Source: Phoronis australis
Lineage: Eukaryota; Animalia; Phoronida
DNA: 55,775 nt
NCBI GenBank assembly: GCA_002633005.1
Contig: NMRA01000440.1
Location: 275,891-331,665, forward strand
Reading direction: 5' to 3'
Below, piece after piece: positions 1 through 14,058 of this stretch. Made by a program: the position numbers and the translations under genes. Under the pieces are notes generated by a model that was given only the letters and a program-made list of their open reading frames with translations, had not been told where the DNA came from and searched no databases. The number at the start of each line of letters is the position of its first letter. Position 1 is the stretch's first letter.

Positions 1-1684
1 TCCGTCGGCTATTTCAAATTGGCTGCTCCGTCGAACATATCGAGTGCCGCTTCAACTTCCGCGTCGGCAACTAGCATTAGGGGTACGGCAAATCCTTTGA
101 ACTTCGGGTGTGGGTTCTTCAATTTCAAAGATTAAGTGTCCATGTACGGGTAGTTAGCGCTGGATGCAATATTTCTCGACACTAGTCGTGCGGGGGATTC
201 CGTATGAAGCCACCTTGACGTCACAGAATAGGAAGGTATTCCCCAAAGATGGCTGCCAGTATTTGCCGATCGTCATTGTGACATTTATAGTAAAAGTAGA
301 CGGCAAAAGTTTATAATGTCGAGTTATTTCTTAATATTTAGCGAACTTAAACAATGAATTGTAGGTTTCAATGAAATTTATTAATAATAAATGTTAAAAT
401 TCTTCGTTTAGCCTTCATTTTCGCCGAGGTTGTTTTGGTACAGGATGTCTTTTTTCCGTCTTGGCCGTGCCGTCCAAAGCCGTCATTTTTTTAAAAGGGC
501 CGTCCCAAGGACGGCCAGGACGGCTGCTAGATGAGTCCCTGCTGGTAGGCAATGACCAGCGATGGTCATTGTCTACATACCCTACAGCTAGCTGGCTGGC
601 TAACCTGTGTATAGTGTAATAAGTCTAAACTCGCTAAGACTAGAAATGTAAAACATAACCTCATAACACCACCACCGGGCAAAAACACAGCATCGGTCGG
701 ATATTGCGGCCAATGATTTAGAGAACCAGTTTCATCCACTAAATAACGGGCCCGTATTACAGTGCTTGTCCGCTATATCCGACCACTACCAGTGCCCAAA
801 AACACTTGTGATTGACAGACTGATTTCAAGGAATTGCTCTCATTACCTACCTGTATTTTGCGTAGTTACACATATAAAGCATAATAAGAAAATAAGAATC
901 CCGTTTAAACCTCCACACGCGGGTTGGAGAACGGTCATTTTAACAGAAAAATTAATCGAACTCCAGGTGAACATCAACAACGTCCGCCATAATTGATAAA
1001 ATAGTCCACATGTTTTCTTTGTTCCTACGCACAAAGTAAACACACCAACAAGGCGAATCACACACTCGGCCTATTTTCAATGAAAAATGTTGTAAGCATA
1101 GATGTTTACGGTTGTAAGCATGGTCATAAGTTGCCAGAGAAGTCACTGAAGTTTAATGGAGTTCTGTCTTTTTCAAGAATGTCCCGATAAGGGAATTTGT
1201 TTTCTTTTCAGACAACGCACAGTTTTCATGACATAGGCCTGCACAACTATAAGGTCCTCATCCCCTCAGAGCAATGTTTTATTCTCGGACCAAGGAGTGC
1301 ACACTCCTTGCGCGGATTATATGCGCTATGAAATAGTAAAATGTTTATTTTACATAGATTTAAAAACCCTTGTTCCTATACGTAGATATAGGAAAATAGC
1401 ACAATAAAACCACATCAGCACAAGTGCTCAGTTCTAATCATTAGTCATCAAAACTGCTGAGTGCGAACAAACTGGATGGGGTAATCGAGATCATTGTGCA
1501 CCCTGACGAAGATGTGACGAAAGCTAAGTTCACTTTATCAAAAGGCATACATATAGATGACGTGTAACTCTGACAAGTGATTCGTGTTTCAAAAACCTTG
1601 ACATTCCTCAACAAAAAGTTTTAACGACAGTCACAGACAAAATGTGGGCTGGTCAAACCCTCCGGCGCAGGTTCACTACCATCG

Positions 1685-1867
1685 CAATGAGCTATACCGG
1701 GCGTTGGTTCAGTAGACGCTAGGACCTACGCTAGGACCTAGCTGAAATCTAGTCAACACCACGTGTTCTCATTTAAAATAAACGGCAATATCTCTCGTAA
1801 TCTCGTGAAGTCTTGCTTTATAGCGAGGTCCTAGCGTTACTGAACGGGAGGCAGGTATAGCTCATTG
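1685..1867. mobile_element. MITE-like palindromic element; related copy at ~5828-5967
   Basis: Perfect 14-bp IR CAATGAGCTATACC/GGTATAGCTCATTG plus inner IR gttcagta..cgctaggacct/aggtcctagcgttactgaac. Confidence 0.6.
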
Positions 1868-2940
1868 GACCACGTATTGACTCCGGCAACTCGGATCGCG
1901 CGGCACCTGGGGTTTCTCTATGGAATACGCTTACTATAATATGTCTGAAAGCGTGAGGTGCTGTAAAAATCTTCACTATCTTCAATTCACTAAAGTCGGA
2001 ATGCCACCATTACCCACGTTCCCGGCAAGATGCTCAACAAGTCTTGTATGTTCATTTATTCTTTGTACACTGTACGGGACAGTTTCGTGCCCTGTGGTTC
2101 ACAGGCAGATCTATCCAAGCTGTTCAGCCGGGGCAAACTCAGGGGCCACGCCGGGAAAATACGTTTCCCTGATTAATGCGCTTCCTGGCCATTCTTGTCC
2201 ATGCATAACTTTTCTCTTCGCAATAAATTAGTATCATTTGTTATCCCAGTCACCCACATTTACCCTGGGCCACTATAATATTTTCAGTCTTCTGCGAACA
2301 GAACAACCATAGTGGTCAATCGATTGTTGAAAACTTTTAATTGGCATTTTTAGGAAATAAATCTCTCCATCAAATATTTCTGTGTTAACTAAAACATGGC
2401 AACCATTCGACTAATCTCTGGTCGACTGAAATCCAATCTTGAATTGCTGCCGAATGGTCCGGTCACATGTAATTTGCGTACCGACGTACAATGTGTTATT
2501 TTTGCGGAGCGAAATTTTTTGGCTGGTCAACCCCAAGAAACTCTAAAGAGACTCCGAGGTTCTTTATGGTAAAATCAAGTCCTGATATGATAAAGACATT
2601 TTTAGAACGATTTTATAAGAGTGAAGGACTTTCAATATTTGTTTTTAGCCAGCGAAAACAGGGCGAAATACTTTTCCATATTTTGAAAACCAACCCTAGA
2701 TGTGCGAAAGTTTTGTTTGAACTTTTTTCTGTAATATCACAACTTCTAAATGTAGATCAAGAAGTAATAAATCCAGGTCTTCTGTGAAAAACAAAACTGA
2801 GATGTTGGCTAGTTATTGTCATAAAACCGGTTTCATACTGCTTACTCGGATAAGAAATACTTTTCAGGTTGTCTTGACAACAAGCGACTGATCGTTTTTG
2901 CTTCACACTCCATGCTATTCAACTAAAGTTTCCCCAGTTA

Positions 2941-3198
2941 CATGGGCGCACCCAGGGGGGGGGGGGNNNNNCCCCCCCCCCCTCCCTTCCAATTTGGTGA
3001 ATTGGGCAACGAAAAAGGTCCGTATCAATGAAACAAAAAGTCCAAGCAAAGTCCACAGGAATTCGGCGCCCATGCACAATTCGTAGACCTGAACCTAGTG
3101 GCTCCGTTTTTTTGGTCCTCGTTGATTTTTTTCAGTAAAAGGTCCGCATACCGAAAAATTCGAGCCCCCTCCTATATTTTAGGTTGGGTGCTCGCATG
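2941..3198. mobile_element. hAT-like MITE, copy 1
   Basis: Imperfect TIR CATGGGCGCACCCA/TGGGTGCTCGCATG. Internally similar to 6689-6929. Confidence 0.6.
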
Positions 3199-3270
3199 AC
3201 TGGCAACCAGTCGAGGTGGTTCGTTAACAAATATTTATAAACAATGACTGAGAACACAATGACGATACTT

Positions 3271-3530
3271 TGGAAGCGCTGATATATTCCTGGAAGCGAT
3301 GATATATTCTTGGAAGCGATGATATATTCCTGGAAGCGATGATATATTCCTGGAAGCGATGATATATTCCTGGAAGCGCTGATATATTCCTGGAAGCGCT
3401 GATATATTCCTGGAAGCGCTGGTATGTTCCTGGAAGCGCTGAAATATTCCTGGAAGCGCTGATATATTCCTGGAAGCGCTGGTATGTTCCTGGAAGCGCT
3501 GAAATATTCCTGGAAGCGATGATATATTCC
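3271..3530. repeat. Minisatellite, 20 bp x13
   Basis: Unit tggaagcgctgatatattcc. Confidence 0.95.
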
Positions 3531-3895
3531 TTTAAAGAAAGCTGACGTTTATAACACCAGAACGGCTTTAAGTAATTATTGACATGCAAATGCATCAAGT
3601 GAAACTTGCCTCTGGGGCGAGTTTTAGAAAATTGGAATGAGTGTTGGGCTTCACATTGTGTAAACAATATTTATTGAGTATAAAATTAAGGGATACATCA
3701 TCTTGAGCCTCCAAAAGATTCTCACAAAAATACATACAACAAACATGGTGATAAATTACAATACTGGCGCAAATTAGGAAGTTTTATACAAAAGATAATG
3801 ATAATGATAATGATCATAATAAAAACACTATTTAAATTAAGAATAAATATTATAAGTAAAAAGAGGAAAGCCACTTCAAATAAGTGTTGCGAGAT

Positions 3896-4198
3896 CATAT
3901 GAAAGAGCCATATATCACAGGTAATGATATGAAAGAGTCATATATCACAGGTAATGATATGAAAGAGTCATATATCACAGGTAATGATATGAAAGAGTCA
4001 TATATCACAGGTAATGATATGAAAGAGCCATATATCACAGATAATGATATGAAAGAGCCATATATCACAGGTAATCATATGAAAGAGCCATATATCACAG
4101 GTAATGATATGAAAGAGTCATATATCACAGGTAATGATATGAAAGAGCCATATATCACAGGTAATGATATGAAAGAGCCATATATCATAGGTAATGAT
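3896..4198. repeat. Minisatellite, 30 bp x10
   Basis: Unit gaaagagccatatatcacaggtaatgatat. Confidence 0.95.
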
Positions 4199-6688
4199 GA
4201 AGATGAGCAAAGGTGGCTGTACAAAAAATGGTTAAAAGTAGTTATGTGATTAGGGTGATTATTCAACTCCCTAGTGATAAGAGTAAAAAACGAATTGCAT
4301 AAAAAACAGTCCTGTGTTTAGGTCCCGGAAGGTTACAAGTTGTGAGACAAAACGAGTATTTGCTGCATGTTTGGATTACAAGATGAATTTTAGTGAAAAA
4401 AATCCAAAAGAAGACAATCGCACATCTTATTTGCACTCAATCTGAGACAGCCTGTGATTACATTCATTACGGAAATCAAACTTATTTTGAATAAAGTTTT
4501 CAACTACATTTTATAGGTCGAGCATGGTTTAATTAACCACCCTGGCACTCATTATTGTCAAACAAATGTACACTACCAACGACGATTTTCGGACGGCCCG
4601 CCATTTTGGGACAAGAATAAATATTTCCAAAATGAGTTCTTCATAGTCCACAAAATTCGTACAAGGTCTAAAAACTGTTTTTCAATGATCCTCGAATTTC
4701 GGACAATGTCATAAACATCGGATTTCTGTTCCGCGACTTTCGGACAAGGAAAATTTTAGAAACGCTAAATTCGGATTGACGCAACTCTCGTGTCATTAAA
4801 GCGTTCAATGGATGATTCCTACTCTAAAAGGCTTGAATCCGAGAATCGGTATAACGGGCTCTGTAATTTTTACCTAGTCTTGACGATGGCACGATCGCTA
4901 CTCGATTGTCTTGCGTTTAGCTTGAGTTTGCATGGGCGGCCCACCACTGAAAAAAGTGGGGGCTAAAACCCCCTCAGCCCGCTGTGGTGCACCGCCTATA
5001 GACCATGTGCGGCGTAGCACTGAAAAAAGTGGGAGCTATACCTCCCCCCCCCCTCGCGCGTTCAAAGTAGTGTAGATAGTGAACAGCAGCAGTCGAATGA
5101 GACGGAGCCAAAGTAAAGCTGGTTGCAAAGCAAACATAATTAAGTCGCACACCGCGTAAGCCCGACCCAGGCTGCGTCGTGCACGGGATACGCTTTTTCC
5201 TCTTCCGTCGATTAACTATCGCCGAACAATAAGTTTTGCTGTCACTTACCTGCATCCCGACGAATGATTGAAATCTTCGTGCAGCCGTTCTGGGCTTGCT
5301 TAATAATTTTGAATGGGACAGTTAGCAAGGAATGAGTGACCACAGACTTCATACAAAATTCAGTGCTTCTGAGAATGCAATTTTTGGGTTGAAACGAAAA
5401 TTTTTCATTAAAAACCTGTATGCAGCTCAAACTTCTTTCGTTTTTCAGTGCAGTTGCTAATGTCTTCTTGGTAGTGATCATTCGCGTAAGAAAGCCGTTG
5501 CATGTACAAAGCTCAGCACAAACGGCGCGCGGCGCCCACGCAGTTGGTACAGAGAGTATACATCCCTGTCTCATGTTGTGTAAGTGCCCATTCGCCCGCA
5601 AAATACTTGGGTCTGTACTGTAACACATATCAAAAACTAATGTACATCCACGTAACCACGCTTCGTTACCCTACATCATCTGATGTGCATCAGAGATGCA
5701 AGAATCTCGCTAAGGAAGCTAGTGTGATCGTGTGCTTCGCTTGCAATACCTGACCATACCTCTCGAAGTCTTCAGTCTTGCGTACTCGTGAGATTCTCAC
5801 CCTCGTGCGCCCCTGCAGGACGCAGGCTAGGGTAGAGTTCAGTAGTTGTCTTGGGACTAGAATAATCTAGCCAAAATCACGTGTTTTCAATTAAAATACA
5901 ATATATCACTAATCTCATGAATTCTTGCTTTTTAGTGACGTCCTAGCGTTACTAGCTTTACCCCTATGTAGACCTAAGAAAGATTGAACTTGCTCGTCTA
6001 CTGGTCTGTGTACTTGTGGTCTTGTTAATTCGCGCCTTGTACCCGGCGTCTTAGGTACAACACCCTGGACTCCATGCAGGCCCGTAGGAAGGAAAAAATT
6101 ATTGAGGGGCACAAACCAATTTGACTTCTCCAACCTACCCCCTTGCTATNTCTCTGGATGTCACCGTATTTGTACTGAACCCCACCCCCAACGCACGCTT
6201 TAGATGGAGTAATACGGGGGATGCAGCGATCAGGATTTCAGTAACCATGAACCAACAAACCTACAAAGATTCACGGACAGTAAGAATGCGTCTAGGTCCC
6301 AAGCGCACTGACGGCCGGGTACCTGGGAGCTGCCTGAAGTAACTATAGCTGGGTCGAAGGTCAAGGTTCCTTTTATTATAATCCATTTTCGGGAAAACTT
6401 CATTTTATTATGGGGATTGTTTGAAGTATTTTTGGAAAGCTGAGGTCCCGAGGTGCCTGGTATGAGTGCCTTTGTGGCCGTTTCAGAATCCCTTGATGAA
6501 ACACAGCCGGTAGTCCAGTTTCTGGTTGTTGGGGAAAATGATACAGAGCGTGTCCCAAAAATGTACACACTTCAACGTCTGGGGTTCAAATTCAGTTCCC
6601 GTGGGTAACTGTGATTTTAAGCAGGGCTACTGCATGGTTACACCTTATTTTTAACGCCGTGGGTGTGCCTGTCATGACGTGCTCCGTG

Positions 6689-6929
6689 CATGCGCGCACC
6701 TACGGGGGGTGGAGGTCGAGGGGGCTCGATGGCAAAGTGGGCAAAAAGGTCCGCCTCAAAGAAACAAAAAATCCGAGAAAAACGAGACAAAAGTCCACTG
6801 GAAGGGCAGGATTCGGCGTATGCACAATTCATAGCCCTGAACGAACCCCGTATTAGTTTTTTTCTTTAGTAAAAGGTACACATCCTAAAAAATTCGAGCC
6901 CCCTATATTTTAGCCTGGATGCTCGCATG
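6689..6929. mobile_element. hAT-like MITE, copy 2
   Basis: CATGCGCGCACC...GGATGCTCGCATG. Shares aaaaaggtccg, atgcacaattc and aaaaattcgagcccc blocks with copy 1. Confidence 0.6.
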
Positions 6930-7208
6930 CCCTGTATGTAGTATACACGGGAAATGAAAGCAAACGATTCAGTTTTGAAGAACAAAAATTCATTGCGCAA
7001 TACTACTGGCCACCAAAAACATCAAGGAAGTTCAAAGACAACCTTTCCAAAATGATGACCAATAAGTTTGATTTTATTTATTTGAGTACTTAAACTTCGT
7101 TTTTGATCTACGGTTTGTAAACTTAAACCCAGTAATCTAGTTCCTAAGCCAATAAACAATTTATGGTCATTTGAATTGTGAGAACATTTTAGGACACATT
7201 GTTGAGCT

Positions 7209-7816
7209 GTCCGAAATTCATCAATTTCCTTGAGACTTATTTCAGATAGACAAAAATCGTTTAGTGTACTTTTATATTTGGGATCTGATTATAGATCGAA
7301 TTTTCCCAATGTCGGCCTGCAATTAAATTCATTGAAGTATTGTCATTTCTTACAAGATTAGCTTCTAATTGTCAAAAAATCATCTCTCAATCAGGCCACT
7401 TTCGTAGATACATAAACATGTTAATCAGAAACCAACAATCAAATCCATGAGCAATGCATTTACTTTGATTTAATGACTTAATTCCTTTTTGATCCTCTGT
7501 TAGTGACTTTAAACAACAAATCTTGTACCGAAGTCAAAAAGCAATGCATTTATTGTCATGTGAGTTGCGTGTAATTTTTTTTGGGAAGTGTCCAAATTTC
7601 GTCAATATTTGTGAGAGTTATTTCAGATAGGCAAAAAGCGTCCAAGTGCACTTTACTATGGGGATCGGATTATGTATTTTTTCCATATTCAGGCTTCAAC
7701 TAAATTTCCTGAATCGTCATCATTTCTTAGCTTGGATTAGCTTCTAATTGCCAAAAATCACCTATTAACCTGTCGGTTTTTGTAGATACATTAACATTTA
7801 AATCAGAAACCAACGA
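7209..7816. repeat. Diverged direct duplication (~230 bp, spacing ~380 bp)
   Basis: 7209-7439 versus 7589-7816 share ttatttcagatag, gattagcttctaattg and aatcagaaaccaac. Confidence 0.75.
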
Positions 7817-10761
7817 ACTTGTTAATCAAACCGGAATGTTATAAGCAGTTTCTGCATGCATGCTCGCAGACTTTTGACGGGTAACACGGGGAATATGGGA
7901 GATTGGGCATTCATAGTGAGGTGTATTTTTGCTCTTTCCGAGGTATCTATTACGGTTTATGAAGTTAACTTGACCTCAAAATAACGCTGAAATATTTGTT
8001 TAATTTGTTTATTATTGCGAGTATTTGGGTACACTCGTTCGACATGTACACGGTCACACCAATGGTAGCCTCGACAGCAGTGTTTTCCACATGCGGAAAT
8101 TCTTTACAAACAACTCATAGGTAACCATCTTCAAAAGAGATACTATTCTTGTGATGATATGGGAAACAGTAACATTATTTTATAAGTAACCATCGGAAAT
8201 AGTCCTTTTGTGTAATTAAAAAACAGCGGTCTTCACGTTCTTTAAAATTCCTGACTCACTTTCGATGGCGGTACAAATTTTTGCACATTTTTTGGTTGTT
8301 TGTGTCGAATGTCTTGATACTGCTGTGCTGTGCACGAATGTTTTGTGTTTTTTGACGAATTTCGAATCACAACTTCCCTCGTGAATACTTGGCAGTGTCG
8401 GATTTACATGTTAAGAGGGACAAAGGGACATTTCTCAGAACTGCTCCAGCGAGAGAGGGTCCCGTCTGAAATGGGACACTTTAATTATGAAAAGTTAAAC
8501 AGCATTAAGCTTGGAAAAGAGTGACAGTTCACTCCACCGTCGTGTGGTCAGACGGCGGTGCAGGAAGTGACCTTCTTCAACATGAAATTTGGTTGCACGA
8601 TTTCACAAAAAACAGGAAAATAGACGTAGTCGAGTCCAAAATTGGGTCCTCTCTCCGTGAGCTTACCCTTAAGAATTTGTCAATAGAAATATAAAAACTG
8701 TGGTCACTTGAATGTCATCAATGGCCTCCTTCAGATGTGGGGCCCCTCTGTGTAAAAATATTTATTTTTTTCATGAAATGGGCAGCAATTGATGATATCT
8801 GTCAGGTCATCAATTTTTCTCGTAATGTACAATTCGAAAAAAAGCGACAGCTGTCTCCGTTATCCCTTACCAGAGAGGGGCTTCTGGAAAATATGGTTTT
8901 GCAGTCGCAAAATTGAGTCACTGAATTTAAAAATCCAGTAAATTAATACGCTTCGCAAAAGCTTCAGTTAACAAATTTTGTCGATTTTTCGAAATATATG
9001 CATGAATCATTACGTGCACGTTTCCAAGTGCATTTAGACGACCTGTGCTGCGAAAGCGAAGACCCCAACAGCAATATCCTGGCCGGGGTCCTCAAAAGGT
9101 AAACCATTCACTGATACAGAGTTATTAAATGGTATTTTGAGCATTCTCTCTAATTGAGAAGTCTTTCTTTTCTCAACTGTCCCCGCCCCACGCGTATGTC
9201 GGTTGCCACGGTTTAACCCTGATGCCTGAATTTTTTTTGGGGGGCGTGCCCCCTGGCCCCCCGCTTCCTACGGCCCTGGTTCTTAAAATTGCGTGGTTTA
9301 CGTCCTTCATGAGTTCACGCAGTCCCAGTGTTTTCGTTTTTCTTTTCAGGTCGTCACTAGTTGATTCTTCTAACAGTCGTGATCTGCCGAGGAGCCTATT
9401 GTACCAACGTGCGCAACCACGGTCTTGGCAGGGGGGACACCTGGACGACACCGGAAGAATTNTTTCGGGCAACCGACCCCCATGAGATTAACCGTGTCCC
9501 AAAGTATCTGTGTACCAATTTTGGTGCTTTAATCCGGGGTGTAAATGTTTTGGGGTTTTTGGCTGCTAAGGGACCGGACTAATATGTTATATTTATCTCA
9601 TTGGTTAAAACGTATTTAAATGAAGTTAACAGGTTCATAAACAAAATATTTAGTTCATTGAAAACATTAAAAAGAAATTTTATGGTTTAAAAAACATAAA
9701 AATAATAAGTTTTTTGAACAAAAAGTGGTTTGTTCTGGCTGATAACTGGCTCGTCTTTATTGCACATTTTCTGCGGTCCTAAAACTAGGGGTGTCAGTAA
9801 TTGCTTCATTGCGTAGACCCCACTCGAAACTAATTGACCCTCCATGTTGAAATTTGCAAAGGGCGAAACTCTTCCGGGACAATAAATGCAAGTCTTTGCG
9901 GCTGAATAACGTGTTTTAAATTGCTGAAACAATGTCGTAGCTGGTGGTGTAACATTCCGCATTGTTTTTTGTACAGTCAATCTCGGTAGGTGCAATTTTT
10001 ATGTGTTTTGTTAACCAAGTCGCTCAATTTTGTTTCCTCTCCCGTTCTGCGAGTAAGTGTCATCCCAGGCCAGGGCTAGAGGCAGAACCAGCCCCCGACT
10101 GCACTTAGTCCTAGACTCAGGGTGGGTAAGCTCGGGGGGGGGGTGCACTTCTGCATAGTGAAATCAGATGGTGGTGTTTCTTCACTTAGTCGAAATCCTA
10201 AAGACTACGAAGTTAGTTTAGTGTTAGTGCTACTAACTGTTACTAACTAACAAGTGGTTTGTTCTGAAATTTCATTCAGTACATTACACAGTGACAATAT
10301 GACACTAACTGGCACTGTTCGGGTATAGTTGTCTCTGATTTTAAGAACCGGTTCCATCCACTAAATAACGGGCCCGTCTCAGTCAGACATCACGGCACTG
10401 TCTGTATGTGGAAATATTTTAGTAAAATTGGTGGCGATTTACTAGTGATGTCAATGTCGACCAAGTCCAAAAAGTCTTAACACGGTAGTAAAGTTTTCAG
10501 CAGCATTGTCCTGTCTTACGAAGAAGTAGACAATCTGAGTGAAATGATGTGGTAAAGCGAGTCACATTTTTACAATGCATGCTAACATGGTCTTTTACAT
10601 TCGAGCCTATGTTTTCTCTCTATCTCACGTCTTTGACATATTCTTGTATTTAATACCCTCGTAATGTTTGTCTGAATTCAACATCAAAAGTCCCGTCCAC
10701 ACACAGCCTACCCTAGAAAAACTTGCACTAGTGCAACTTACCTCACTTTTAGTAGAGCGTC

Positions 10762-10789
<28 letters not shown>
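10762..10789. repeat. (CA)n microsatellite
   Basis: Direct reading. Confidence 0.95.
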
Positions 10790-10792
<3 letters not shown>

Positions 10793-11114
10793 CTGATAAC
10801 TAGGGTCAGTGACTCAGTATAGGCAATTACATTGCCCTGGATGCCGCAGGTATACAGGGGCGATAGTACATCCCCATAAAAAGTTACGCATTTCAAAATA
10901 CAGCAATTAAAATCGAATGAAACGTGCATAAATGCACACGGAGTTATAATTAACTCATACCATGACTCTGAATATAATTTAGTCAACATAACTTGAACAT
11001 ATATCCATGGTGGGTGCCATTTTGAGGAAGTTACGAAAAATCACGCCTGTTAACGAACAAAGAGTCAAATGGATACAAAACTCACAAATTCCACCTGATA
11101 TCTTCCTATGCTAT

Positions 11115-11190
11115 TTTGCGAGTGTCACGCGCCAGGTCACGCGCTTCGCTCAGTGTCGCGTTAGCCTTTGCCTAACTCACGTGACTCAAT
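11115..11190. promoter_or_regulatory. Candidate promoter with palindromic E-box TCACGTGA (11177-11184) and two GTCACGCGC motifs
   Basis: The motifs are visible in the sequence immediately upstream of the candidate first exon. Function is inferred. Confidence 0.4.
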
Positions 11191-11199
11191 TGAAATATT

Positions 11200-11338
11200 T
11201 TGTGGTTATTACGCTCACGGTGAAAAAGTTAACAGTGATCAAAAAGTGGAGTTGGAATTCTTCTCCAAAGTCACCTTAATTCTGGTAGATATGCTTCATC
11301 GAAGATATGTGTAGAAGCAGAAAGGATCACTGAAGAAA
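11200..11338 (+). other. Probable non-coding first exon of WIP (start approximate)
   Basis: Strong donor AA|GTAAGC at 11339 just downstream of a CpG-containing motif cluster. The first coding exon is preceded by an acceptor, so an upstream exon is required. Confidence 0.5.
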
Positions 11339-14058
11339 GTAAGCTCATTTCTAAGTGATAGTTTTGAGTGTAGAATGTATTTTTGATGAGGTGAAAACTC
11401 AAAATCGGTGGCCAGATTTGGTCTGCCTAACGCCCGCTTAAAATACATGGAACGAAATGCGTACAGAAAGCGATGGGAAGTATTGTAGCCCCTAAGCAGC
11501 CAACCGAGGGGCTACGTGTTGCCTAGGGTCAGTAGGGAAAGGCGGAAGTTGTCGCTCTGTGGCTGACAATGAACACCTAATGCGAATACGGTAAGCAAAA
11601 GAAAACCCGTCTGTACGTAACTGCAGCTGATAATTTGTTTCGCCTTGCCCCAGGATTGCGGCTACACAGGAATTACAAGTGGCGCAAGTTACCTTAGAAC
11701 AAGTTACCCCACCTTGATAAGGTGGAGTTAATTGTGCTAGTTTAAAAAGCATCCAGGCTTGTTCTAGGATAAGTGTGTGTGTGTGTGGATGGCACCAAAA
11801 AGCAAGAAGATCCAACGGTATAACTTCACACAAACGGAAATTCAGGCAGTAACTACAGAACACAGGTGTGAATGGTTTCTTCCACCTTGAATAAGTAATT
11901 AGGTAGAATAAACAAACCCATTCACGTGCCTTTCCAAATACTTGGACAAGGTCTGTTTAAACCAATATTTCTTGAATGATATTGACTGGATTGTCAAACG
12001 TTAGCAACAATGCCATTTCCAATATTTTCAGGATTGTCACAAACTTATTCTTCCTGTTGAGAACCTTAAATTTGGAATGAATTGTAAGAATGCCGATGTT
12101 GTATGTTGTTGGCAAAAATTCAATACTTTGAAAGGTCTACCATTCATTGGACTCGTATATATTTCATTGACTGGGCTGCATTATCACCACGATGAGAACC
12201 TAGAACTCGATTATCTGTCGTGGGGTCAACGCCTACATCTGGAACGTCCTTCTGTTTGTAAAAAAATCCTTACAAGACTTTTTAGGCCTTTGCTTGGCAG
12301 AGGACATTACTGAGTATGTCTAATATGCCTGTCAACCATAACTTAAACCAGAGAGGCTAATGTCAAAGAGAAATGCACCAAAACTAACCAGTAGTATTTA
12401 TGTGAGTAATGCACAAGCAACAACCGAGAAGAGTCATCAAAAGCGTTTCCATTCAAAGCTTTGATGATAGTTCTAACACTGCTGCCAGAATGTCCGACCA
12501 GTGTTGCGGGTCACACGGAATATATTGAAAAATGTGTTAAGAAAGCACTTTTTGCATGGTAAATTTCTTATTTCTGAAATGACCGATAGCCTATTTATTT
12601 GAGCGATGGCCGACCAGCAGATATCATTAAGAAAGTGGCCATCATTTCAAGCAACTTTTTAAAATTTTACCCGTCTTTTTTAATTCTGGCTGTCCAGAAG
12701 AGGGCCAAGATGGCCGCTGTATAAACCCCTGATAGGTAGGTGATGACGTTTTAGCTACATACTGCTGACACAGATACTCAGGCCTGAGGTTAATTTGAAA
12801 TGCTGAGGTCTTACAATATACAAATTGTCTTTAAATACCACTGCAAATTGAAATTTATAGGCAAACATTTGGCTGGGTTCTTCGGAGTCATACCTACAGT
12901 GTGACTATTTCATTTATCTTAAATTTATTACAGTGTTCAGTATGTTGATGAAATTTAACAACGTACGTACGTTAATAAATAATACATAGATTATTAGCCA
13001 TATGATGTTTGTAAAGTGTCAGCTGTTAAACAACATCTGGGTATATTTTATCAAAGGACCTCTGTGTCTCTGTAGTTATTATTGATTCAGTGTGTCTGTG
13101 ATCAAAAATGTTTTATTATGCGCCCACATATTTAAATTTTAGTTTTTACGTTTACCTCTGTATCTTCAAAGGTCCTCGACAGATTTCAAAAATAGGATGT
13201 CCAAAATAGGGTTCCCAATATTCCTGGGGTTCCATGATTCCAAGGATACATTACCCCCACCAGCATTCACCAGAAACCCCCCACACACAGTGAAGTTTTT
13301 TACAAAAAATGCGTAGAACAAGGGTTTTACATCTAAGCTTACAAAAACAGCTCCCTTGTAGTAAGCTTTATTACTAAAAACTGTGGATCAAGACTTTTAT
13401 GTCAAAATTTACGAAAACAGCCAAATAGCTTACCAAGCAGGTACTACAGATATTACAAGTGTTGGTTGAAGGATGAGTGCACTGTTTTTGGTGATCTCAA
13501 GTCAAATTGCTGTTATAACGTTTATCATATCATCTTAACTAGCTTTATATTCTGTACAATGAGTCATCAAAGCTGCAGTTACCAACACAAGAAAAATGCA
13601 CAGATGATGTGTGGTTTATATTTTGGCAACGGGTGTCACTGCTGCTCCATTTTAGACGCTCATAGAAAAGCATGAATAGGGCACAAACTCAAACATTTTA
13701 AATGGGCATATTCTTGTGGCACAATTTATTATTTAATTAATGACATTTATTTTGATTTTTGGTGTTTTTAAAAAAAGATGAAAAACATGAAATTACAGCT
13801 CAGAAACACCTGTTAACCAAGGTCGGTATCCCTGTGTAAAGTACTGAATTGCAGTCTGTAGATGTAAGACCACTGAAATCAGAGACCGCACTGGTGTACA
13901 CTGTGGCAACCAAACACTACTACTAAATGCTTTGAAAATAGTGTGAACATAGCAATAATTTATATACATTGTGTATTTCTAAGTTGAAAGAGCCAACTTC
14001 TCACCATCTTTCATTAACTGGGAGTCTGAGTAATCAATCTGGGTAAAGTCTGATTGAC

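Noticed and set aside
3224-4266. Repetitive ORFs 3224-3667 and 3884-4249
   Set aside because: They are translations of 20-bp and 30-bp minisatellites, with no splice or domain support.
5242-5753. Cluster of 67-128 aa ORFs in a CpG-richer patch
   Set aside because: No recognisable domain and no consistent exon chain.
6077-9278. Inverted 15-mers CAGGCCCGTAGGAAG / CTTCCTACGGCCCTG as ends of one 3.2-kb transposon
   Set aside because: No target-site duplication, no transposase, and an assembly N at 6150. More likely halves of separate MITEs.
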